From positions 930,001 through 962,000 of the forward strand of contig NC_008578.1 of the NCBI RefSeq assembly GCF_000015025.1: a DNA stretch of 32,000 bases, written 5' to 3'. Below the pieces are notes generated by a model. The model worked only from the letters and a program-made list of their open reading frames with translations. It ran no database searches and was not told the DNA's origin. Positions 17,181 through 25,235 of the stretch are shown here, in pieces. Made by a program: the position numbers and the translations under genes. How positions within the stretch are numbered: position 1 is the first letter of the stretch; the number at the start of each line of letters is the position of its first letter. The stretch comes from Acidothermus cellulolyticus 11B (lineage in GTDB: Bacteria > Actinomycetota > Actinomycetes > Acidothermales > Acidothermaceae).

Positions 17181-17548
17181 CCGAAATCTCCCCGTCCGAC
17201 AGCGTCCTCTCGGCGCTCGTCGGCGATTCGAGCGAGCCGGCCGAGTCGGTGTCACCGGTCAACTCAGCGGCTTCGGCACAGACCGTCCGCGCCAGCCGGC
17301 TCGAGCTGCTGCAGAACGTCGAAATGGGCGTCACCGCTGAACTGGGCCGCACCCGGATGACGGTACGGGAGCTCCTGTCACTCGCCCCGGGCATGGTGGT
17401 GGAGCTAAACCGCGCCGCCGGGAGTCCTATCGATCTGTACGTCAACGGCACACTCATCGCCCGCGGTGAAGTCGTCGTCATCGACGAGGAATTCGGCGTC
17501 CGAATCTCGGAAATCGTCGGCCCGGACAGCGAGCGCGGAGGGCAGTGA
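17177..17548 (+). CDS. fliN: flagellar motor switch protein FliN (short form)
   Basis: LLQNVEMGVTAELGRTRMTVRELLSLAPGMVVELNRAAGSPIDLYVNGTLIARGEVVVIDEEFGVRISEIV is the SpoA/FliN domain. There is an ATGA overlap with fliM. Confidence 0.9.
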   Translation: MTEISPSDSVLSALVGDSSEPAESVSPVNSAASAQTVRASRLELLQNVEMGVTAELGRTRMTVRELLSLAPGMVVELNRAAGSPIDLYVNGTLIARGEVVVIDEEFGVRISEIVGPDSERGGQ

Positions 17549-17967
17549 TGCTGAGCGCCGTCTTGCGCATGGTGATCTCACTTGCCGTTGTTCTCGCGCT
17601 GATGTACGTGGCCGCCCGGTTGTTGCACCGTTTTCACGGCGCACCGTCATCACCCTCCGCTGCCGGACGGTCCGTGTTCGGCGCAGTACGCCGCATGCTT
17701 CTCGGACGCGGCGGTCTGGACCCTGCTTCGCAGCGACCCAGCCGTGTCCTGGAGGTGCTCGCCCGGCAACCGTTGGGAAAGTCAGCCGGCGTGGCGGTTC
17801 TGCGGGTGGGTGATCGGACCGTCCTGCTCGGAGTCACCGACCAGCGGGTTGAACTCCTCGGTGACGTCACGCTTCCCGGCCCGCCGGTCCGGCAGGTGAA
17901 GGACGGTCACGTCACCCGGACGCCCGTACCGCTGGACGAACTTCTCCGGTACCGGACCGGGGCGTGA
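17545..17967 (+). CDS. fliO: flagellar biosynthesis protein FliO
   Basis: It lies immediately upstream of fliP. It has a single N-terminal TM (VISLAVVLALMYVAARLL), then LEVLARQPLGKSAGVAVLRVGDRTVLLGVTDQRVELLGDV, which is typical of FliO. The start is GTG 17545 or ATG 17548. Confidence 0.7.
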   Translation: MMLSAVLRMVISLAVVLALMYVAARLLHRFHGAPSSPSAAGRSVFGAVRRMLLGRGGLDPASQRPSRVLEVLARQPLGKSAGVAVLRVGDRTVLLGVTDQRVELLGDVTLPGPPVRQVKDGHVTRTPVPLDELLRYRTGA

Positions 17968-18923
17968 TGGACCGACGGCACCGCCGGCGCGTCGCCGGAC
18001 TCGTCAGCCTTGCCGTCGGCGCCGGTGTCGCATTTGCCGTGGCGCTGCCGCTTGCGGCAGGAGCATCCGGCGCCCAGGCTCTCGCGGCGACACCCGCCGC
18101 GGCGTCTGCGCCGGCGCAATCGCCGGCGCCGTTTGCCACCCCAAGCCCCATACCGTCTATTGCGCCGATTACGCCGATTGCGACCGGCCCGGCTGCGGCT
18201 GCACCGACGCCGTCGGGTCCCGCCGGGCCGACCGGCCCGGCGGCGCCGAACGGACCGGGGTCCACCGTCACGGTGAGCATCAACGGCGTCAACGGAAAAC
18301 CGAGTCAGTCCATCGTCATCATCCTGCTGATGACGGTTCTGGCCGTCGCCCCGGCGGCGCTCATTCTCACCACCAGTTTCACGAAGGTAATCGTCGTCCT
18401 CTCGCTCACCCGGAATGCGCTCGGACTGCAGACGATTCCACCGAATCAGGTGCTGGTCGGACTTGCGCTCTTCCTCAGTCTCTTCGTGATGAGCCCGACC
18501 CTCTCGGCGATGAACAAGGACGCCGTCCAGCCGTATCTCAAGGGCCACATCACGGCATCACAGGCGTACGACGCGGGCGTACAGCCGTTGAAGACGTTCA
18601 TGCTGAACCAGACCCGCAAAGATGACCTGGCGCTGATGATTGACGCCAGTCACCAATCCCGGCCCGCGTCGCCGAAAGACGTCTCGATGACAACGCTGGT
18701 GCCGGCGTTCGTTCTCTCAGAACTGCGGGCGGCCTTCATCATCGGGTTCGTCATCTTCGTACCCTTTCTCATCATCGATTTGGTGGTGAGTTCCTCGCTC
18801 ATGTCCATGGGCATGATGATGCTGCCACCGTCAATAATTTCGCTTCCGTTCAAGCTGCTGCTGTTCATCATGGTGGACGGTTGGGGTCTCATCGCCCGGA
18901 CCCTGCTCTCCAGCTATCACTGA
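17964..18923 (+). CDS. fliP: flagellar export gate protein FliP (with a long Pro/Ala-rich insert after the signal peptide)
   Basis: SIVIILLMTVLAVAPAALILTTSFTKVIVVLSLTRNALGLQTIPPNQVLVGLALFLSLFVMSPT, and later the IIDLVVSSSLMSMGMMMLPP motifs, are canonical FliP. Confidence 0.95.
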   Translation: MMDRRHRRRVAGLVSLAVGAGVAFAVALPLAAGASGAQALAATPAAASAPAQSPAPFATPSPIPSIAPITPIATGPAAAAPTPSGPAGPTGPAAPNGPGSTVTVSINGVNGKPSQSIVIILLMTVLAVAPAALILTTSFTKVIVVLSLTRNALGLQTIPPNQVLVGLALFLSLFVMSPTLSAMNKDAVQPYLKGHITASQAYDAGVQPLKTFMLNQTRKDDLALMIDASHQSRPASPKDVSMTTLVPAFVLSELRAAFIIGFVIFVPFLIIDLVVSSSLMSMGMMMLPPSIISLPFKLLLFIMVDGWGLIARTLLSSYH

Positions 18924-18949
18924 TCCTTCGCGCCGGCTACGGAGCAGCC

Positions 18950-19225
18950 ATGACCGATACCGCCGTCATCCACCTGGCGATGCAGGCGATGGTGGTCGCC
19001 GCGAAACTCTGTGCGCCCATCCTGCTCACGAGTCTGTTGGTGGGATTCGGCATTTCGCTGTTCCAGGCGGCGACACAGATTCAGGAATTCACCCTCTCGT
19101 TCGTGCCGAAGATTCTCGCCGTCGGGATCGCCATTGTCGTGAGCGGGCACTGGATGCTCATCACCCTGGTCGACTTCACCCACCAGCTCTTCCGGTCGCT
19201 GCCCGGACTGATCAGCGGAGGCTAG
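18950..19225 (+). CDS. fliQ: flagellar export gate protein FliQ
   Basis: MTDTAVIHLAMQAMVVAAKLCAPILLTSLLVGFGISLFQAATQIQEFTLSFVPKILAV is canonical FliQ. GGAG (18941-18944) lies 5 nt before ATG 18950. The track's extension to 18881 overlaps fliP and is rejected. Confidence 0.9.
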   Translation: MTDTAVIHLAMQAMVVAAKLCAPILLTSLLVGFGISLFQAATQIQEFTLSFVPKILAVGIAIVVSGHWMLITLVDFTHQLFRSLPGLISGG

Positions 19226-19231
19226 CCGCCG

Positions 19232-20011
19232 GTGAGCATCTCCGTCTCGACGCCGCTTCTGGTCGCGTTCCTCCTCGCGACCATCCGGACGTCGGCGTGG
19301 CTCGTCGTCGTCCCAATCTTCGGAACGCGCATCATCCCCGGCATGGTCAAGGCCGCCTTCGCAATGGCCCTCGCGTTTCCTGTCTCTGGTGCGCTGGCCC
19401 CCCTCGCACCCGCTCCGCAAGTGCTCCCGCTGTGCACGGCGATTCTGCAGAACGTTGCAGCCGGACTCGCGATGGGCGTTGTCACGCTCACCCTCTTCGC
19501 TGCGGTACGCGCCGCCGGCGGTCTGCTGGACTATTTCGGCGGCTTCTCCCTCACGTATGCGTTCGACCCGATGGCGGTGCAGAACGATTCCGTTCTCGCC
19601 CGGATGTACGACCTGCTTGCGGTCACTCTGCTCTTCGCCGGCGGCGGTTATCTGCTGCTGCTCAAGGGGCTGCTCTCTTCGTACACCGTCATCCCCCTCG
19701 CGAGCAGTCATCCGGCGCGGATCCTCGCCGAACTGGCAACGGTGAACATCGGGAGTTTCGCCGTCTCATGTTTGGAAATCGCCGGCCCGCTGCTGGCGGT
19801 GCTCGTGGTCGCCGACATCGGCCTCGGTCTCCTGACGAAGATTGCACCGGCGCTCAATGTGTTCTCCCTCGGTTTTCCGCTGAAAATCCTGGTCACCCTC
19901 ACCCTCGTCGGCGGCACGTTCGTCGCGTTGCCGCACGCGGTCGACGCGTTGGTCGAACGGATCCTGCACGACGGCGGCGGCGTCGCCTCTCTCTTCTCCT
20001 GGCGGCATTAG
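19232..20011 (+). CDS. fliR: flagellar export gate protein FliR
   Basis: A polytopic membrane protein in the fliQ-fliR-flhB position. The FLLATIRTSAWLVVVPIFG... N-terminal pattern is typical of FliR. Confidence 0.9.
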   Translation: MSISVSTPLLVAFLLATIRTSAWLVVVPIFGTRIIPGMVKAAFAMALAFPVSGALAPLAPAPQVLPLCTAILQNVAAGLAMGVVTLTLFAAVRAAGGLLDYFGGFSLTYAFDPMAVQNDSVLARMYDLLAVTLLFAGGGYLLLLKGLLSSYTVIPLASSHPARILAELATVNIGSFAVSCLEIAGPLLAVLVVADIGLGLLTKIAPALNVFSLGFPLKILVTLTLVGGTFVALPHAVDALVERILHDGGGVASLFSWRH

Positions 20012-21187
20012 ATGGCGGATCGCTCCCAGAAGACCGAGAAACCCACCCAGCGCAAACTGAAGGAGGCGCGCCGGGAGGGTCGGGTCGCGCGTTCACCGGA
20101 GGTGGGTGCCTGGCTCGGCCTGCTGGTGGGAATCTTTCTCGTCCACCTCACGATGACCCGGACGACGGCCGCATTCCGGCAGGCCATTGACGGCCTCACC
20201 CAAGTGATCCGCACCCCGGACCCCAACCTCGCCGTGCACGTGCTCGGGACCAGTCTGGCCTCCGGAGCCGTCGCCGCCGCGCCACTCGCCGGCGCAATCC
20301 TGCTGACGGCGCTGGGCGCGTCGGTGGCACAAGGCGGTCTACGGCTCTCGGCCAAGGCGTTAGCGCCGAAATGGCAGAGTCTCAATCCGCTCAACGGGTG
20401 GAAACGGATGTTCGGCCCGCGGGGTGGATGGGAAGCGGCCAAGGCACTGGCGAAGACCGGCCTGCTCGCCCTGATTCTCTATGACACGATGCGCGGACTT
20501 GTGCCGCTGACGACGACCGGCACGGTGACACCGCTGCAGGGCGTCGTGCACACCGCCGGCAGCGCGGTGCTGCGGTTTGCCCGGGACGCCGCCGTCGCCG
20601 GGCTTCTGCTGGCCTTCCTGGACTACGCATACCAGCTTCGGCGCCACCGTGCGTCGCTGCGCATGACGAAACACGAAGTGAAAGAAGAATTGCGGACGAC
20701 GGAAGGGGATCCGCGGATTCGCAGTGCGATCCGGGTCCGGCAGATGGCGCTCCGGCGCCGGCGGATGATTCGCGACGTGGCGACCGCGGACGTCGTCGTC
20801 GTCAACCCGACGCACATCGCGGTCGCGCTCCGGTACACGCCGGGCAGCGGGGCGCCGACCATCGTGGCCAAGGGTGCGGGCGCCGTCGCCGCCCGAATCC
20901 GCGACGAGGCGATCCGGCACCGGGTACCGCTGGTGGAAGACATCCCGTTGGCGCGGGCGCTCTACCGGATCTGTGACGTGGGCCAGGAAATTCCGCGTGA
21001 GCTCTTTGTCGCGGTGGCACGCGTGCTGGCATTCGTCTTCTCCCTGAAGAAACGGGGTCGAGTGGGCGGTGTTCACCGGCCGCGTCCCACGCCGGCAGTC
21101 GAGCTGGCGGGACTCACCCGCCGACGCCGGACTCCCGGCACCCGGGCGCGCCGCCGACCGCGGATCACGTCCCGCCTGCCGCGGTAA
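20012..21187 (+). CDS. flhB: flagellar export switch protein FlhB
   Basis: MADRSQKTEKPTQRKLKEARREGRVARSPEV is the canonical FlhB N-terminus. The NPTH autocleavage site is present (VVVNPTHIAVAL). There is a basic C-terminal tail. Confidence 0.95.
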   Translation: MADRSQKTEKPTQRKLKEARREGRVARSPEVGAWLGLLVGIFLVHLTMTRTTAAFRQAIDGLTQVIRTPDPNLAVHVLGTSLASGAVAAAPLAGAILLTALGASVAQGGLRLSAKALAPKWQSLNPLNGWKRMFGPRGGWEAAKALAKTGLLALILYDTMRGLVPLTTTGTVTPLQGVVHTAGSAVLRFARDAAVAGLLLAFLDYAYQLRRHRASLRMTKHEVKEELRTTEGDPRIRSAIRVRQMALRRRRMIRDVATADVVVVNPTHIAVALRYTPGSGAPTIVAKGAGAVAARIRDEAIRHRVPLVEDIPLARALYRICDVGQEIPRELFVAVARVLAFVFSLKKRGRVGGVHRPRPTPAVELAGLTRRRRTPGTRARRRPRITSRLPR

Positions 21188-21212
21188 CGCCGTACGCCGG
21201 CAGGGGAACCGG

Positions 21213-23339
21213 ATGGCGCCGCGGAAATCTCAGCTGACCCGCGCCGATGCCGATGAGGACGTCGGCAAGCAGCCGATTCGAACTCGGCGAGGTGGCGTGC
21301 GCGCGAAGCGACTCGGAGAGCTCGGCATCCCCGCCGGGGTTATCGCGATCATCGTGATGATGGTCGTGCCATTGCCCACGGCGCTGTTGGACGTGCTCTT
21401 GGCAACGAACATCACGTTTGCCTTGCTGGTGCTGCTCGTGTCGATGTTCGTCAAGCGGCCGCTTGATTTCGCCGCGTTCCCGTCCCTCCTGCTCATCGCC
21501 ACCCTGTTCCGGCTTGCCCTCAACATCAGCGTGACGCGACTCGTTCTGCTGCACGGCTATGCCGGAAAGGTCGTGCAGAGCTTTGGGCATTTCGTTGTCG
21601 GCGGCTCCCTCGTCGTCGGCCTCGTGATCTTTTTGATCATTCTCATCATCCAGTTCGTCGTCATCACCAACGGTGCCGGCCGGGTGGCTGAGGTGGGCGC
21701 GCGCTTCACACTGGACGCGATGCCCGGCAAGCAGATGGCCATTGACGCCGACCTCAATGCCGGACTCATCGACGAGGCCGAGGCTCGTCGGCGGCGCAGC
21801 GAAATCGCTGCTGAGGCCGACTTCTACGGGGCGATGGACGGAGCGTCCAAATTCGTCAAAGGCGACGCGATCGCGGCCGTTGTCATCACCGGCGTCAACC
21901 TTATCGGCGGATTGGCGATCGGAATCCTGCAGCGGCATCTGTCGATCGGGGAAGCGGTCAACACCTACAGCTTGCTGAGCGTCGGGGACGGCCTTGTCTC
22001 GCAAATTCCCGCCCTGCTCCTTTCCGTCTCCACCGGCCTCATCGTGACCCGCGGTGCGAGCGAAGCGGACATGGGCGCCGACGTCCTGCGTCAGATCGCC
22101 TCCCAACGCCAAGCGATCCGGATCGGCGGAGCGGCGATCCTCGTCATTGCTCTCATTCCTGGGCTGCCGAAATTGCCGTTCCTCATCCTCGGTGGTGCGG
22201 CGTTGGCCCTCGGCATGCGATTGAAAGAGCCGCCAAAACCAGCGGAACCGCAACCTGCGGCTGAGCCTGCCGCGCCGGCACCGGATTCCCCCGAAGCACT
22301 GGTCGAGGAAATGCGCGTCGAACCGCTCGAACTCAACCTCGCCTTCGACCTCGTCGACCTCGTCGATCAGAGCAGGGGCGGTGAACTGCTGGAACGCGTC
22401 CGCGCCCTGCGCCGCAAACTTGCCCTTGAACTCGGCATGGTCATTCCGATGGTGCGCACCCGCGACAACCTGGATCTGCCGCCGGGAAGCTACGCCATCC
22501 GAGTGAACGGCGTCGAGGTGGCCCGCGGTGAAGCGCCGCCCGGCGCGATGCTCGCCATCGGCGAGAACCTCACGAATTTGCCGGGCACGGCCACGATTGA
22601 GCCCGTTTTCGGCCTGCCGGGCAAATGGCTTGCGCCCGAACTGCGGCAGCAGGCGGAGATGCTGGGCGCGACGGTGGTCGATCGCGCCTCCGTCATCACC
22701 ACCCATCTTGCCGAGGTGGTCCGCGACAACGCCGCCAAACTGCTCTCCCGGGAGGACGTCAAGACCCTGACCGAGTTGACCCGCCGGACGCATCCCGTCG
22801 TCGTGGAAGAATTGACCCCCGCCCTGCTGCAGCTCGGCGATATTCAGCGCGTCCTGCAAGGCCTGCTCGACGAGCACGTGCCGATCCGCGATCTGCCGAG
22901 AATCTTCGAGGCGCTCTCCCAGCGGGCTCGGGTCAGTCAAGACCCCGAAGGGCTCATCGAGGCGGCCCGCGCCACCCTTGGACCGGCGATTTCCGCCGCG
23001 TACGCGCAAGACGGCCGCCTCTCCGTCCTGACGATCGACCCTCTGACGGAGCAGCGTCTTGTCGACAAGCTGCGGCACGGAGAGCACGGCAGTTTCCTTG
23101 CACTGGACCCCGATGATGCCGAATACCTCGTTGGAGAGGTTCGCCGCCTCGCCGAACGCGCCGAACAGCTCGGCAACACGCCCGTGCTGGCGTGTGCCGC
23201 ACCGCTGCGTCCTGCGCTCCGGCGGTTGGTGCGGTCGGCGAATCCACGGTTGCCGGTGCTCGCGTACGGCGAGCTCGGTCCGCACCTGCAACTGGAGACG
23301 GTAGGGACGGTGAGCCTGGCCCATGCGCATGCTGCTTGA
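21213..23339 (+). CDS. flhA: flagellar export gate protein FlhA
   Basis: IIVMMVVPLPTALLDVLLATNITFALLVLLVSMFVKRPLDFAAFPSLLLIATLFRLALNISVTRLVLL is followed by the FHIPEP region (RVAEVGARFTLDAMPGKQMAIDADL) and a large cytoplasmic C-domain. ATG 21213 follows GGGGA. The extension to 21069 overlaps flhB and is rejected. Confidence 0.95.
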   Translation: MAPRKSQLTRADADEDVGKQPIRTRRGGVRAKRLGELGIPAGVIAIIVMMVVPLPTALLDVLLATNITFALLVLLVSMFVKRPLDFAAFPSLLLIATLFRLALNISVTRLVLLHGYAGKVVQSFGHFVVGGSLVVGLVIFLIILIIQFVVITNGAGRVAEVGARFTLDAMPGKQMAIDADLNAGLIDEAEARRRRSEIAAEADFYGAMDGASKFVKGDAIAAVVITGVNLIGGLAIGILQRHLSIGEAVNTYSLLSVGDGLVSQIPALLLSVSTGLIVTRGASEADMGADVLRQIASQRQAIRIGGAAILVIALIPGLPKLPFLILGGAALALGMRLKEPPKPAEPQPAAEPAAPAPDSPEALVEEMRVEPLELNLAFDLVDLVDQSRGGELLERVRALRRKLALELGMVIPMVRTRDNLDLPPGSYAIRVNGVEVARGEAPPGAMLAIGENLTNLPGTATIEPVFGLPGKWLAPELRQQAEMLGATVVDRASVITTHLAEVVRDNAAKLLSREDVKTLTELTRRTHPVVVEELTPALLQLGDIQRVLQGLLDEHVPIRDLPRIFEALSQRARVSQDPEGLIEAARATLGPAISAAYAQDGRLSVLTIDPLTEQRLVDKLRHGEHGSFLALDPDDAEYLVGEVRRLAERAEQLGNTPVLACAAPLRPALRRLVRSANPRLPVLAYGELGPHLQLETVGTVSLAHAHAA

Positions 23340-24600
23340 TGGACCGAATCTCGAAGAACTGCTGCTCCGGGCCCGCGACGAGTGCGGCGCCAACGGCCGC
23401 ATTGTGAAAGCCGAGAAGATCCGGCCCGGCGGACTTGCCGGTCTCTTTGCCCGAGACCGGTATGAACTGACGATTGAAATCGACGATGTCCCGGCAGAAC
23501 CGTCCGCCCCGCACGTTACGAACGCCGACACCGGGCCGGCGACAGCGGCGGCAGGGCCGCGGTCCGCTGCGGCGTCGTTGCTGGATCTCGCGGAGGCAAT
23601 CAGCGATCGGGAAATCGATGCAGCGGCGCGCCAGCGCGGCGGACCGCGACTCTCCACCGAGGGAGTGTCCTTCGCCAGCGTCCTCGAGGAGTTGACGAAC
23701 ACTATCGGCGACGGCCCGGATTCGCCCGGGAGAAATCCAGCGCACGGTGCCGCCGGCAACTCGGCCGAGTCAACGGCGAAAACAGTGGACTCGACCGCGG
23801 TGACAGCGGCGGAATTCCCCCGGCTGGACAGCTCGGATCCGTCGGTCGTCCGGTCGCGGATCGGCAATTCTGCTCTCCGGGGTGACCGGCCGGTTCCGGG
23901 CGCCAACCGCCGCGGCTACGACGCCTACGACGCGCTGCATCCGGCAACCGCGGCGACGTTGCCCGCCCGGCTGCACGGCCTCGGAATTCCGCAGCACTTT
24001 CTGCCGTCGGATGGAACGGGTGATCTGCTCGCCGCCTTGGTCGCCGCGTTGCGCGCGCTCCCGCCGGCCCCGCAGCCGCCGACACGTCCCGGCGACATCC
24101 TCGCCGTCGTGGGTGACGGCGAAACCACCTGGGACGCCGCACTCAATCTCGCTGCGTCTGTGCAGCTCGATGAGCGGGCGATGGTGTACGTGACCGCCCG
24201 CAGTGCCTCAACGCGGATCGCGCCGACCCGGCGGATCACCGCCGTGGACCAGATCCCGCCTCGGCGGGAACGGTGGGTGAAGCGGACGACGCCGGTGATT
24301 GCTGTCGTCGACGCGCCGATGGCGCCGCAGTACGGGGAATTCGGCCGGAGTGCTCTGCAGGCGTTGGACGCGGCCGCAACCTGGCTGGTCGTCCCGGCCA
24401 CCCGGAAGACCGGCGACGTGGCGCTGTGGGTGAAACGTCTCGGGCGCGCCGACGCGCTCATTCTTACCGATGTGGAGGCGAGCGCGGATCCGGCCGCGGT
24501 GCTCTCGTTGGGAATTCCGGTCGCCCGGTTGGACAACGAAATCGCGAACACCCGCACCTGGGGCGGCCTCATCCTCCAACGGCTCGTGGAGGCACGGTGA
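23323..24600 (+). CDS. FlhF-like protein (SRP-GTPase fold expected) with degenerate G1/G3/G4 nucleotide-binding motifs
   Basis: The position directly after flhA fits FlhF. The N-terminus (..LEELLLRARDECGANGRIVKAEKIRPGGLAGLF..YELTIE) resembles the FlhF B-domain start. The C-terminal ~170 aa follow the order of an SRP-type G domain. However, the P-loop reads VVGDGETT, the DTAG position reads VDAPM and the TKxD position reads LTDVE. Confidence 0.55.
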   Translation: MRMLLDGPNLEELLLRARDECGANGRIVKAEKIRPGGLAGLFARDRYELTIEIDDVPAEPSAPHVTNADTGPATAAAGPRSAAASLLDLAEAISDREIDAAARQRGGPRLSTEGVSFASVLEELTNTIGDGPDSPGRNPAHGAAGNSAESTAKTVDSTAVTAAEFPRLDSSDPSVVRSRIGNSALRGDRPVPGANRRGYDAYDALHPATAATLPARLHGLGIPQHFLPSDGTGDLLAALVAALRALPPAPQPPTRPGDILAVVGDGETTWDAALNLAASVQLDERAMVYVTARSASTRIAPTRRITAVDQIPPRRERWVKRTTPVIAVVDAPMAPQYGEFGRSALQALDAAATWLVVPATRKTGDVALWVKRLGRADALILTDVEASADPAAVLSLGIPVARLDNEIANTRTWGGLILQRLVEAR

Positions 24601-25235
24601 GTCGCGCCGGTGCGGACACCCTCTCCCTGAACGCGCTGGTGACGTTGCGCATCGGCGACGACGAGGTGGATTATCCGTCTCGTATTGAGGACATCGCTGA
24701 GGACATCGCTGAGGACAGCGTCTTCGTCGCCGCGCCGACCGGCGGCAGCGCAAGCCTCGTTGCGAGCGGGGTGCGGACCGTCGAACTCTCGTGGGTATCG
24801 CCACGGGGCCGCTATCAGCAGCCGTGTGAGGTGGTGGAATTCATCTCCGGCCAGCCCCGCCTGTGGCGGCTGCGTCCGACCGGACCTGCCGCGTTGATAC
24901 AGCGCCGGCGGTTCGTCCGGGTCCGTGCCGCCGTTCCGGTCTTGCTGGTCCTGCCGGGGACCGTGACCTCCGGGACGACGATTGACATCTCCGAGGGCGG
25001 TTTCCGGATGCGCATTCCGCGTCAGACCGTTCGGGAGCTCGTGCCGGCCACCATTCAAACCACCATCGGCGGCGTGCAACTCGAAATCCACGGACACGTC
25101 ATTCGCACCGGGGTCACCGAGGTGGGCCAGACTGAGGTGGTTGTCGCATTTGACGCGGACATGCGCACCGCGGACGCGATCCGGCGATTCGTCTTTCACG
25201 TTCAGCTGCGGGCCCGGGCGGTGGCGGGACGATGA
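24597..25235 (+). CDS. YcgR-like PilZ-domain protein (c-di-GMP receptor, candidate flagellar brake)
   Basis: The PilZ motifs RRRFVR (RxxxR, nt 24903-24920) and DISEGG (DxSxxG, nt 24984-25001) are present. The N-terminal ~95 aa beta-rich region is compatible with a PilZN/YcgR_N domain. GTG 24597 forms a GTGA overlap with the upstream stop. The extension to 24273 overlaps the upstream gene and is rejected. Confidence 0.8.
   Translation: MSRAGADTLSLNALVTLRIGDDEVDYPSRIEDIAEDIAEDSVFVAAPTGGSASLVASGVRTVELSWVSPRGRYQQPCEVVEFISGQPRLWRLRPTGPAALIQRRRFVRVRAAVPVLLVLPGTVTSGTTIDISEGGFRMRIPRQTVRELVPATIQTTIGGVQLEIHGHVIRTGVTEVGQTEVVVAFDADMRTADAIRRFVFHVQLRARAVAGR

Noticed and set aside
21165-23906. 913-aa minus-strand ORF, the longest ORF in the track
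   Set aside because: It lies exactly antisense to flhA and the FlhF-like gene, whose + strand translations have unmistakable family motifs. Its own translation is Arg/Gly/Asp/Pro-rich with no recognisable domain. Long stop-free antisense frames are expected when the sense strand has extreme GC3.
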